DNA of 56,508 nucleotides from Caulobacterales bacterium (GTDB lineage: Bacteria; Pseudomonadota; Alphaproteobacteria; Caulobacterales; Caulobacteraceae): assembly GCA_017307205.1 (NCBI GenBank), contig JAFKGN010000166.1:1-56508 (forward strand). Reading direction: 5' to 3'. The notes beneath the pieces are model-generated. The model saw only the letters and a list, made by a program, of their open reading frames with translations. It ran no database searches and was not told the origin of the DNA. Below are positions 1 through 8,222 of this stretch, in pieces. Within the stretch, counting starts at the first letter, position 1, and each line of letters opens with the position of its first letter. Position numbers and translations under genes: made by a program.

Positions 1-234
1 GATCCGCTGATCACCGAAGTGCAGGACTGGAATCGCTATCTCGGCGACGGCGTTCAGAAGACCCCGTACGGCATGCCCTCGAAGTTCGAGAAGAACGTGA
101 TCCGCCGCGACGTGTCGTGGTTGACGGCGTCGCCGGAATCCTCGGTGAACTTTACACCGCTGCATGAACTCGACGGCATCATCACGCCGTCCGGCCTTTG
201 CTTCGAGCGGCATCACTCCGGCGTCGCCGAGGTG
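1..234 (+). CDS. soxC: Fragment of sulfane/sulfite dehydrogenase molybdoprotein SoxC (open at window start, broken at ~234)
   Basis: Frame 1 reads DPLITEVQDWNRYLGDGV...YGMPSKFE...SSVNFTPLHELDGIITPSGLCFERHHSGVAEV, typical of the SoxC N-terminal region. Similarity stops after codon 232-234. Confidence 0.8.
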
Positions 235-950
235 GCCACGTCGACCTCGTCATCGAAGTTGGCGCCGCCGGCGAAGGCGATGACGTTGTTCTCGTTGACG
301 GCGTAGGACACCAGGGCCGAACCCCAGGTGTACTTGTCCGAATAGAAGCCGTCGTTCAGCGCCGCCGAGATGCTCAGCGGACCGGACGCCCAGTTCACCT
401 GCACGCCGCGATTGACCAGGTTTTCCTGGTTCCACAGTTGGCCCCGGCTGATGTTGGCGTTCTGGAAGGTGAAGCTGGTCTCGACCCCGATCAGCGTCGG
501 CAGCTTGCCGATCATGATGCTGACATTGTCGCTCGGCACGAGCTTCACGAAGGCCTGCGGCATGAAGCCGAAGGTGTTCTTCGTGTTGTCGGTGGCCTTG
601 GTGTAGGGCACCCCGACGGTGCCGAACGAGTAGCCGCCAAACTGGGCGAAGAATTGGACCGGCCCTTCTGTGGTCTGCACGAACACCTGGGCGTTCGAGA
701 TGTCGGCGCGGGCATCGACGTCGCTTCCGACAGCGGCGTCCTGCGTATAGCCGACGCCACTGATGGCGCCCGTGACATAGACGTTGCCCAGGGGACCGGC
801 GTCGATGGTGGTCGGGTTCGGATTGGCGGCCAGCGGCCAGGTCATGGCCGGCGTGGTCATGGGTTCGGCCAGGGCGGCCACGGGGCAGGCGAGTCCGACG
901 ATTGCGAGCGCGGCGCCGGCGAACCAGGCGCGTGACTTTGAAACAGTCAT
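213..950 (-). CDS. Outer-membrane beta-barrel protein (BBP2/DUF1597-like porin), C-terminally truncated at the junction
   Basis: ATG at 950 with upstream GAGGGG. Signal peptide ending ALA-EP; segments GKLPTLIG.E..FTFQN.NI.RG.LWNQE and alternating beta-strand patterns. It ends abruptly at ATSATPE without a terminal aromatic residue. Confidence 0.7.
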   Translation of the reverse strand: MTVSKSRAWFAGAALAIVGLACPVAALAEPMTTPAMTWPLAANPNPTTIDAGPLGNVYVTGAISGVGYTQDAAVGSDVDARADISNAQVFVQTTEGPVQFFAQFGGYSFGTVGVPYTKATDNTKNTFGFMPQAFVKLVPSDNVSIMIGKLPTLIGVETSFTFQNANISRGQLWNQENLVNRGVQVNWASGPLSISAALNDGFYSDKYTWGSALVSYAVNENNVIAFAGGANFDDEVDVATSATPE

Positions 951-1285
951 TTTTTGTATTCCCTCGAAGACGATGGCTCCGTGATCGCGACCGGGGAGGA
1001 GATCGCGGGCCAACGGCTCAAGGCTGATGACGAATACTGCCATAGCGAAGTCGAACCGGCCCGCCATGGCTCAGCTGCACTCCAAACGCGCAATTTTTAG
1101 GCGCGTTTGCACACAAACAGCGCGCGCATTGAGCGGGGTAAAGTGAAATATATCTTCCTTTTGCTGTAGAGTGACAAAGTATGTCTGACTCGATGACCTC
1201 TGCGTGGGGCCGGCAGGGCGCGCCAGAACGCGCACGACCAGGCAAAGCCGGGTCGCGGGCAGTCAAGTCGGACGGAAGTTTCCAG

Positions 1286-1308
1286 AAAAGGCCGCCGAAA
1301 GCGGCGGC
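1286..1308 (-). terminator. Rho-independent terminator of the small membrane-protein gene
   Basis: Minus strand reads GCCGCCG-CTTT-CGGCGGC followed by CTTTT. Confidence 0.7.
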
Positions 1309-1351
1309 GGGGTCCCGGGCCCCTCGAGGCCGGGACATCCAGGACAGAGGC

Positions 1352-1549
1352 CTACTCGGCCGCCTGGTCCTTCCAGACGCGGACGATCACGGCCCAGCTG
1401 ACCGCGCCGAGCATGGCGGCGACGCCGCCGGCCCACTGCACGGAGTTCATACCCGCGCGGGCATGGTCGCCCACCATGGCGCTGACCAGCACCACGGCCG
1501 AAGCCGAGGCCCACTCCGCCACCAGGGGCGATCGCAACCAGTTGAGCAT
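1352..1549 (-). CDS. Small hypothetical membrane protein (65 aa, two hydrophobic segments)
   Basis: GGAGG upstream of ATG 1549 (MLNWLRSP...), two hydrophobic helices and a downstream terminator. Confidence 0.6.
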   Translation of the reverse strand: MLNWLRSPLVAEWASASAVVLVSAMVGDHARAGMNSVQWAGGVAAMLGAVSWAVIVRVWKDQAAE

Positions 1550-1694
1550 AGAGCGCCTCCCCCAGCCCCGAGGCGCCCCCAACGCCCCTGTGAAAATCAG
1601 GTGCATGCTGCATATGCGAAGTCGGGGCCGATTTCCCTGCGACAAGGGTTCGCAGCCGGCCTTGCGGCAAGGGCGGCCGATATCCACATCCTGG

Positions 1695-1760
1695 TGACCG
1701 CTGCGCGGCGCCGCTTCAGGGCCGCATGGCGGGAGTCGCTCGAGGAGGACTCTGCCCATG
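1695..1760 (+). promoter_or_regulatory. ROSE-type RNA thermometer in the hsp20 leader
   Basis: GAGTCGCT-CGAGG-AGGACTC hairpin (1733-1752): the UCGCU motif pairs with the AGGA Shine-Dalgarno with a bulged G, just before the small-HSP ATG. A sigma32-like CTTG...CCACAT lies at 1661-1689. The 5' boundary is approximate. Confidence 0.8.
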
Positions 1761-2183
1761 ACCACACGCGCCCTGCTTTTCGACAGTCCGTTCCTGCTGG
1801 GCTTCGACCATACCCGGGCCCTGATCGAGCGGGCGGCGAAGGCCGCCGGCGAAAGCTATCCCCCTTATAATGTCGAGGCGCGCGGCGAACGCGGCGTGCG
1901 CATCACCCTGGCGGTGGCGGGTTTCTCGCCCGACCAGCTGGAGGTGACGATCGAGGATCGACAACTGACCATCGCCGGGCGCCGCACGGCGCCCGAGAGC
2001 GAGGCCGAGCGCGAGTACCTGCATCGCGGCATCGCCGCGCGGGGCTTCGTGCGCAGCTTCGTCCTCGCCGACGGCATGGAGGTGGAGGTCGCGAAACTCG
2101 AGCACGGGCTGCTGCACATCGACCTGACCCGGCCGGAGCCGGAAGGCCGGGTGAAGCGCATTCCGATCGTCTCGGCCGGCTGA
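1758..2183 (+). CDS. Small heat-shock protein, Hsp20/IbpA family
   Basis: Motifs YPPYN, ITLAVAGF, YLHRGIAARGFVRSFVLA and LEHGLLHIDL. Confidence 0.95.
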   Translation: MTTRALLFDSPFLLGFDHTRALIERAAKAAGESYPPYNVEARGERGVRITLAVAGFSPDQLEVTIEDRQLTIAGRRTAPESEAEREYLHRGIAARGFVRSFVLADGMEVEVAKLEHGLLHIDLTRPEPEGRVKRIPIVSAG

Positions 2184-2268
2184 ATTGGTCCTGTTTACCA
2201 CGCAACGCGCTCGCGCCCGCTGAACCGGCGCCGCCGCCGCGCGTTGCTTTTTCAAGGAGGTGGTCGTC

Positions 2269-2538
2269 ATGACGCCTGAACTGAACACTTCGATCTTCAG
2301 CCGCGAGGCCTTTGCGGCCCTGGGCGCGCCCGACCTGGTCTATGTGCGCCCGATCAAGGCCTCCGAGATTCTCGCCACGACGCCCGTGACAGCGACCGAT
2401 GGCTTCAACCTCGACCCCAACCAGACGCTCTATGCGGTGCACCGCGCCGACGGCGAGCGCCTGGCGGTGCTGACCGATCGTGAGGCCGCGATGGCCGCCG
2501 CCCTGGCGCACGAACTGGCGCCGGTGTCGGTGCACTAG
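2269..2538 (+). CDS. DUF1150 family protein
   Basis: FAALG...YVRP and LYAVH.ADGERLA...REAA...A..HEL.PVSVH; AAGGAGG RBS; usual neighbour of alphaproteobacterial hsp20. Confidence 0.85.
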   Translation: MTPELNTSIFSREAFAALGAPDLVYVRPIKASEILATTPVTATDGFNLDPNQTLYAVHRADGERLAVLTDREAAMAAALAHELAPVSVH

Positions 2539-2579
2539 AAAGGTCTGGGCGCGCGGGCGCCCAGATACCGAGCCTGACG

Positions 2580-2607
2580 AAGGCCGCCGGACATCCGGCG
2601 GCCTTTT
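2580..2607. terminator. Terminator hairpin between convergent DUF1150 and ptsN genes
   Basis: AAGGCCGCCGGA-CA-TCCGGCGGCCTT followed by TT. Confidence 0.75.
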
Positions 2608-2617
2608 GCGTGTGGGG

Positions 2618-3088
2618 TCAGGCCGCGGTGCGCAGGTCGTGCGCCAGGAGGGCGTAGACGGCGTCGGCGCTCTCGGCGTCGCGCAGGTGCTGGCGCAGGG
2701 CCGGCTGGCGCATCAGTCGGGAAACGCGGGCCAGGGCGCGCAGGTGATCGGAAGTGGCGTCCGGCGGGGCGAACAGGGCGATCATCAGGTCAACCGGCTT
2801 GCCGTCAATGGCCTCGAACTCCACCGGCTGCTCCAGCCGCACCTGGCGCACGAACACCGCGCGGACCCGATCGACGCCATCGAGACGCGCGTGCGGCAGG
2901 GCGACCCCATGGCCGACGCCGGTCGTGCCGGCGGCTTCACGATCAAGCAGGCCCTGCAGGGCGACGGCGGCGTCAACGCCGAACACCCGCGACGCGGCTT
3001 CGGCCACGGCGTTGAGCGCCTGGCGGCGGTTGGAGGCCGAAACGCGAGCGAGGGTCGCGGCCGGGTCCAGCAGATCTTCGATGGTCAT
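2618..3088 (-). CDS. ptsN: PTS nitrogen regulatory EIIA(Ntr)
   Basis: RE..GTTGVG.GVALPHAR phospho-His motif and F.AIDGKPVDL; lies downstream of rpoN-hpf. Confidence 0.9.
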   Translation of the reverse strand: MTIEDLLDPAATLARVSASNRRQALNAVAEAASRVFGVDAAVALQGLLDREAAGTTGVGHGVALPHARLDGVDRVRAVFVRQVRLEQPVEFEAIDGKPVDLMIALFAPPDATSDHLRALARVSRLMRQPALRQHLRDAESADAVYALLAHDLRTAA

Positions 3089-3176
3089 ACTCTGACGCCC
3101 AGAAATTTACGCTACAAACGGGGACCCCGGCTCCCTGGTTCGGAACCGGAAACCCGTTGCAGGCTCTCTGGTTCCG

Positions 3177-3815
3177 TCAGGAAACGCCGTTCTTTTTCGA
3201 GCCGTTCGAACCCTTGAGTCGTTCAGGATCGATCCAGCCGATGTTGCCGTCCGGGCGTCTATAAACCACCGATATCCCATCGTGCGCCGCGTTTCGGAAG
3301 ACGATTGTCTGGGATTCGGTCAGGTCGAGCTCAAGGACCGCCATGGAAACGGTCATCGTGCGCAAAGGACGTTCAGTTTCGGCGATGACCATGGCGCCGG
3401 GCGCTTCTCCATCGCCGGCCCATTCGCGGAAATCCTCGTCGACATCCTCGTCGTCCGCCGGCGCGCGCAGCACGTAGAAGGACGCCGTCTCAGCCTGCTT
3501 GGCGCTGGCCGCGATGGAGTGGCTCTTCAGCCGCTGCTTGTATCGTCGGATGCGGGTTTCGATCTTGCCCAGGGCGGCGTCGAAAGCCCCGTGGGCGTCG
3601 GAGCCCAGGCCGTGGCTTTCAAGGTGCTGGCCGCTGGCCAAGTGCACCGAACAATCGACTTTGAAGGAATGGCCTTCGCGGCTGACCACGACCTCGGCGT
3701 CGCCGCCGCGGTCGAAATACTTGCCGATGGCCCCGGTGATTTCGTCGGTGACCCGCTCACGCAGGGCCACGCCAACGTCGACATGCTTGCCGGAGATCTG
3801 GACTTGCATGGTCAT
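3177..3815 (-). CDS. hpf: Ribosome hibernation promoting factor (long HPF/RaiA)
   Basis: MQVQISGKHVDVG.AL, RIRRYKQRLK and C-terminal VFRNA..ISVVYRR.DGNIGWID. Confidence 0.93.
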   Translation of the reverse strand: MTMQVQISGKHVDVGVALRERVTDEITGAIGKYFDRGGDAEVVVSREGHSFKVDCSVHLASGQHLESHGLGSDAHGAFDAALGKIETRIRRYKQRLKSHSIAASAKQAETASFYVLRAPADDEDVDEDFREWAGDGEAPGAMVIAETERPLRTMTVSMAVLELDLTESQTIVFRNAAHDGISVVYRRPDGNIGWIDPERLKGSNGSKKNGVS

Positions 3816-3876
3816 AGCGAACGCTCCTGTTGGGTGGGTGTCAAGCGGGTCCGCGCACCTTTCGCGGCCGTTATTC

Positions 3877-4521
3877 TTAAAGGCCGTAGGTCATCCAAAG
3901 GCTCCGCAAGGCCATGAGGAAAGCGCTGCCGCCGAGACCGATCAGGCCAAGGCCGACAGCAGCCACCGCGTGGCCGAAAAGGACGAGCGCGCCGTCCCTC
4001 TGGAACAGCCCCAGGCCCAACAGACCAACGGCGATGGCAGGCACAAGGTTGCCCAAGGGAATGGGCAGGATCAGGGCGAGCGCCAGCAGCGTGCAGACGA
4101 GGCCGATCATCCGATCGCCCACCGCGCCGAACATGAAACCCCATCGCGCCCGCGACACCTTCTCGATGCCCTCCACCACCTTGATCACCCGCGGCAGGCC
4201 CTTGCGCAGGTCCGATCGCCGCAGCCGCCGATCATCCAGCTTGCGCGGCAGCCAGGGCGCGTTGATCCCGATCAACACCTGCGGCGAGAGCAGCACCAGC
4301 GGCATGCCCAGGATGGTGGTCGAGCCCGGCGGCAGGGGCAGGAGGTTTGGGATCGCGAAGGCGAACAGCAGCGCCCCGAAGGCGCGGCGGCCGAACAGAT
4401 CGACGATCTCGCCCACCGTGATGTGATCGTGCGGCCAATCGCAGATTTCGCGCAGGACGGCGGAGAGGGTCCGGCCCGAGGCTGGCGTTTCGGTCGACGA
4501 CATCGCGGCGGGGGGACTCAC
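3877..4521 (-). CDS. exoD: ExoD family membrane protein
   Basis: GRRAFGALLF..A.PN.LP.PPG, PWLP and LPIPLGN.VPA...GL..RDG. The start may be 4503. Confidence 0.85.
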   Translation of the reverse strand: MSPPAAMSSTETPASGRTLSAVLREICDWPHDHITVGEIVDLFGRRAFGALLFAFAIPNLLPLPPGSTTILGMPLVLLSPQVLIGINAPWLPRKLDDRRLRRSDLRKGLPRVIKVVEGIEKVSRARWGFMFGAVGDRMIGLVCTLLALALILPIPLGNLVPAIAVGLLGLGLFQRDGALVLFGHAVAAVGLGLIGLGGSAFLMALRSLWMTYGL

Positions 4522-4577
4522 AAGAAGGATATGTGAAGCTTAAGCGACTGAGCGGTCCGACCGTTGCGCTTTTTTAC

Positions 4578-6077
4578 TCAGGCCGCGCCTCGCAGCATTC
4601 GGCGGCGCTCCACCGACGACGGGATGCGCATGGCTTCACGGTACTTGGCGACCGTGCGGCGAGCGCTGTCGACGCCGGTCTCCTTCAGGATTTCGACCAG
4701 GCGGTCGTCCGAATGGACGGTGGACTCGCTGGTCTCCGCCTCGATCAGCCCCTTGATCTTGTGACGCACCGCCTCGGCGGAATGGGCCTCGCCACCATCG
4801 GCCGAGGCGATGGACGAGGTGAAGAAGAACTTCAGCTCGAACACCCCGCGCGGGGTGGAGATGTATTTGTTCGAGGTCACCCGGCTGACGGTGCTCTCGT
4901 GCATGCCGATCGCGTCGGCGACGGTCTTCAGGTTCAGCGGGCGCAGGTGCTCAACGCCGAAGGCCAGGAAGCCGTCCTGCTGGCGCACGATCTCGCTGGA
5001 GACCTTGAGAATGGTCTTGGCCCGCTGATCGAGGCTTTTGACCAGCCAGTTGGCGCTGGCCAGGCAATCGGAGACGAAGGTCTTCTCCTGATCACTGCGC
5101 GCGCCGCCGGCGACGCGGGCGTGGTAGCGCTGGTCGACCAGCACGCGCGGCAGGGTGTCGGTGTTGAGCTCCACGTGCCAGAGGCCGCCGAGGCCTTCGC
5201 GCACATGTACGTCGGGCGTCACGCCCTGCACCGGCTCGCTGCCGAAGGCGGCGCCCGGGCGGGGGGTGAGGGCCTTCAGCTCGGCGATCATCTCGCGCAG
5301 GTCTTCGTCGTCGACGCCGCAGACCTTCTTGAGGGCCGACATGTCGCGGCGGGCGACCAGCTCCAGATTGTCGAGCAAGGCGGCCATGGCCGGATCGTAG
5401 CGATTGCGGTCCTTCAGCTGCAGGGCCAGGCACTCGCGGACATCGCGCGCCAGGACGCCGACCGGCTCGAAGCCGTGCAGCCGCGCGAGTGTCGTCTCGA
5501 TCACCGCGAGGTCGCAGCCGAGGCGCTCGGCCATCTCGCCGAGGTCGGCGCGCAGATAGCCGCCCTCGTCGACCGCATCGATCAGGATGGTGGCGATGGC
5601 GCGTTCGCGACCTTCCAGGCCGGTGACGGCCAGCTGGTCGTGCAGATGTTCATGCAGGGTCTTTTCGCGGGCGAGCGCGCCTTCCAGCCCCTCGTCGCCC
5701 TCGAATGCGCCGCCGCGGCCGGCGCGTGACCAGTCGATCTGGCCGCCGGCCTGCTCGCCCGGGGCGGCCTCGCCGCTGTGGCGTTCGCCGGGGGAGGCGT
5801 CGTCGCCGCCGCCGTCCATCTCCGCCTGGGCGGCGCTGTCGGGCACATGGTCGGTGTCATACTCGGTGGCCGAGCCCACGGCTTCGCCGTCCGACGCTTC
5901 GGGCGCCTCGGCGACAGGCTCATCGCGGGCGAGCAGCGGGTTACGCTCCAGCTCGCCCTCGACATAGGCCTCGAGCTCGAGGTTCGACAGCTGCAGCAGC
6001 TTGATCGCCTGCTGCAGCTGCGGCGTGATGACGAGGCTCTGCCCCTGCCTGAGCTCTAGACGCGGACTGAGCGCCAC
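4578..6077 (-). CDS. rpoN: RNA polymerase sigma-54 factor
   Basis: QLQQAIKLLQLSNLEL, HESTVSRVT and the RpoN box ARRTVAKYRE. Confidence 0.98.
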   Translation of the reverse strand: MALSPRLELRQGQSLVITPQLQQAIKLLQLSNLELEAYVEGELERNPLLARDEPVAEAPEASDGEAVGSATEYDTDHVPDSAAQAEMDGGGDDASPGERHSGEAAPGEQAGGQIDWSRAGRGGAFEGDEGLEGALAREKTLHEHLHDQLAVTGLEGRERAIATILIDAVDEGGYLRADLGEMAERLGCDLAVIETTLARLHGFEPVGVLARDVRECLALQLKDRNRYDPAMAALLDNLELVARRDMSALKKVCGVDDEDLREMIAELKALTPRPGAAFGSEPVQGVTPDVHVREGLGGLWHVELNTDTLPRVLVDQRYHARVAGGARSDQEKTFVSDCLASANWLVKSLDQRAKTILKVSSEIVRQQDGFLAFGVEHLRPLNLKTVADAIGMHESTVSRVTSNKYISTPRGVFELKFFFTSSIASADGGEAHSAEAVRHKIKGLIEAETSESTVHSDDRLVEILKETGVDSARRTVAKYREAMRIPSSVERRRMLRGAA

Positions 6078-6256
6078 CGTCCCTTGCCCCCTTCACCGGC
6101 CCCTTTGGCCTGTTTCTTGCTCAAGGCTAACCGGCCGGGCTGAGCGATTAGTTAACCGCCGTCCGAACCCTTCCGCGCGCCTTGCGTCTTGCGCGCGCCG
6201 CCGCCTCTGCTTACCCAACGCCCATGGAGGCGCCGTTCGGCGCGAGGAGAGACCCC

Positions 6257-7078
6257 ATGGCCGACGAAACCGTCTTCCCCACCGGCGACCTGATGAAGGG
6301 CAAGAAGGGCGTCGTCATGGGCGTCGCCAACCAGAACTCCATCGCCTGGGGCATCACCCAGCAGCTGGCCGCCCAGGGCGCCGAGATCGCCCTGACCTAT
6401 CTGGGCGAAGGCCTGGAGCGCCGCGTGCGGCCGCTGGGCGAGAGCGTGGGCATCAAGACCTTCGTCCAGGCCGACGTCGGCGACGACGCCTCGATGGACG
6501 CCGCCTTCGCCGAGATCGAGAAGGAATTCGGCGGCGAGCTCGACTTCCTCGTCCACTCGGTGGCCTTCGCCAACAAGGACGAGCTGAAGGGCAGCTTCAT
6601 CGACAACACCACCCGCGAGGGTTTCCTGACGGCGATGAACATCTCGGTGTTCAGCTTCGTCGACTCGGCGCGCCGGGCGGCCAAGCTGATGAAGCCGGGC
6701 GGCTCGATCATCACCATGACCTACCTCGGGTCGGAGCGGACGATCCCGAACTACAACACCATGGGCGTGGCCAAGGCCGGGCTGGAAGCCGCCACCCGCT
6801 ATGCGGCGCGCGACCTCGGGGCCAAGGGCATCCGCGTCAACGCCATCTCGGCGGGCGCCATGCGCACCCTGTCGCTGGCCGGCATCAGCGGCGGCCGGGG
6901 CATGATCGCCCAGGGCCGCTCGTTCAGCGCCCTGAAGGAAGACACTTCGATGGAGGGCGTGGCCGGGGCCGCGCTGTGGCTGCTGTCGAACCTCGGCATG
7001 TCGACCACCGGCGAGGTGGTTCACGTCGACGCCGGCTTCCACATCATCGGCCTGCCGGAAGACCTGGCGGAGGGCTAA
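6257..7078 (+). CDS. fabI: Enoyl-ACP reductase
   Basis: GVAN.NSIAWGI, YNTMGVAKA.LE (Y-x6-K) and VNAISAG; GAGGAG RBS before ATG 6257. Confidence 0.95.
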   Translation: MADETVFPTGDLMKGKKGVVMGVANQNSIAWGITQQLAAQGAEIALTYLGEGLERRVRPLGESVGIKTFVQADVGDDASMDAAFAEIEKEFGGELDFLVHSVAFANKDELKGSFIDNTTREGFLTAMNISVFSFVDSARRAAKLMKPGGSIITMTYLGSERTIPNYNTMGVAKAGLEAATRYAARDLGAKGIRVNAISAGAMRTLSLAGISGGRGMIAQGRSFSALKEDTSMEGVAGAALWLLSNLGMSTTGEVVHVDAGFHIIGLPEDLAEG

Positions 7079-7083
7079 GCGCG

Positions 7084-7533
7084 TTAGGCGCGGCCGGTCG
7101 AACCGAAACCGCCCGCGCCCCGCGCCGTCTCGTCGAGGCTCTCGACTTCCGTGATCCGCGCCTGGGCGACCGGGGCGATGATGATCTGCGCGACACGTTC
7201 GCCGCGGGCGATGACGAAATCGTCCTGGCCGAGGTTGATCAGCACCACCTTGATCTCGCCGCGATAGTCGCTGTCGATGGTGCCGGTCAGGGTGGTGATC
7301 CCCGCGCGGACCGCCAGGCCGGAGCGCGAACGCACCTGGCCCTCAAAGCCGTGCGGGATGCCGAAGCAGAGCCCAGTTGGAACGGCCGTGCGGGCGCCCG
7401 GCGCCAGGACGATCGGCTCGCCCTCCGGCACGGCGGCGCGCAGGTCGAGGCCGGCCGAGCCGGTGGTCTCATAGGCGGGCAGCGGCAGGCCTTCAGCGTG
7501 CGGCAGGCGGGCGATCGGCAGGTTCGGAGTCAT
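7084..7533 (-). CDS. dut: dUTP diphosphatase
   Basis: [26 protein letters not shown] and [10 protein letters not shown]. Confidence 0.95.
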   Translation of the reverse strand: MTPNLPIARLPHAEGLPLPAYETTGSAGLDLRAAVPEGEPIVLAPGARTAVPTGLCFGIPHGFEGQVRSRSGLAVRAGITTLTGTIDSDYRGEIKVVLINLGQDDFVIARGERVAQIIIAPVAQARITEVESLDETARGAGGFGSTGRA

Positions 7534-7593
7534 GCGGCCGTGCATAAGGCGATTCCGCCGACTCAAAAAAAGACTCGACAGCCGCGCTTCATT

Positions 7594-7608
7594 GTTCTTC
7601 CTTTGTTC
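7594..7608 (+). promoter_or_regulatory. Alphaproteobacterial LexA (SOS) box
   Basis: GTTC-TTCCTTT-GTTC, an exact GTTC-N7-GTTC, 35 bp upstream of the lipoprotein ATG. Confidence 0.8.
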
Positions 7609-7643
7609 CGTCGTTTGAACACGCGTGAGGGAGGGCTCTTGTC

Positions 7644-8222
7644 ATGCGAAACCAGATTGGCCGCGGCGGCGCGGCGGGTGTGTTGCTTACGCTTTCGATG
7701 CTTTCACTGACGGCCCTGGGCCTGTCCGCCTGCGATGGCGGCGGTTCGGCGGCGCTTGCGGCGCGTGATCACGCCGCAGCGGGGTCGTTCCCCAGCGCCG
7801 AGGAGACGCGGCTCACGTCCCGGGATGCGAACCTGACCTCCGCGCCGATCCGCTTGTCGCGGCCGTCGGCGGAGGACAGCGACATCGCCTGGGCCTCCAG
7901 CCGCCAGGCCAGCGGCGCCGAGAACGCCCAGGCCCGGTTCGAGAAATACGGGGCCGAGTTCGATGCGGCGACGCCCGACGCCTATGCGGCCAAGGCGGTC
8001 GCCTTCCTGAAGAAGCCGCCGGCCGGCGCCCAGACGATCGAACGCGCCAACGGCGACCGTCTGGTCTACGATGCGAAGTCCAACGTCTTCGCGGTCGGCA
8101 ATGAGGACGGCCTGCCGCGCACCTTCTTCCACCCGCGCGACGGGGCGGCCTACTGGACGCAGCAGAAGGCGGTGGAAGCCAAGCGCACCGCCAGCGCCTC
8201 GCGTAGCAGCTCGGACAGCTAG
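7644..8222 (+). CDS. Lipoprotein with a C-terminal pyocin/nuclease-toxin-like domain
   Basis: GAGGGAGG RBS; lipobox LSA-C30. The C-terminus FEKYGAEF...Y..KA..F...R.NGD...YD...N.FAV...DG.PRTFFHP..G..YW resembles S-pyocin-like/polymorphic toxin tips (from recall). Confidence 0.65.
   Translation: MRNQIGRGGAAGVLLTLSMLSLTALGLSACDGGGSAALAARDHAAAGSFPSAEETRLTSRDANLTSAPIRLSRPSAEDSDIAWASSRQASGAENAQARFEKYGAEFDAATPDAYAAKAVAFLKKPPAGAQTIERANGDRLVYDAKSNVFAVGNEDGLPRTFFHPRDGAAYWTQQKAVEAKRTASASRSSSDS

Noticed and set aside
1020-1080. Sigma54 promoter for the porin gene
   Set aside because: The best match, TGGC-N7-TTCG, lacks the invariant -12 GC.
3110-3165. Long imperfect hairpin between hpf and ptsN as an ncRNA
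   Set aside because: No recognisable family; more simply an mRNA stability or attenuation hairpin.
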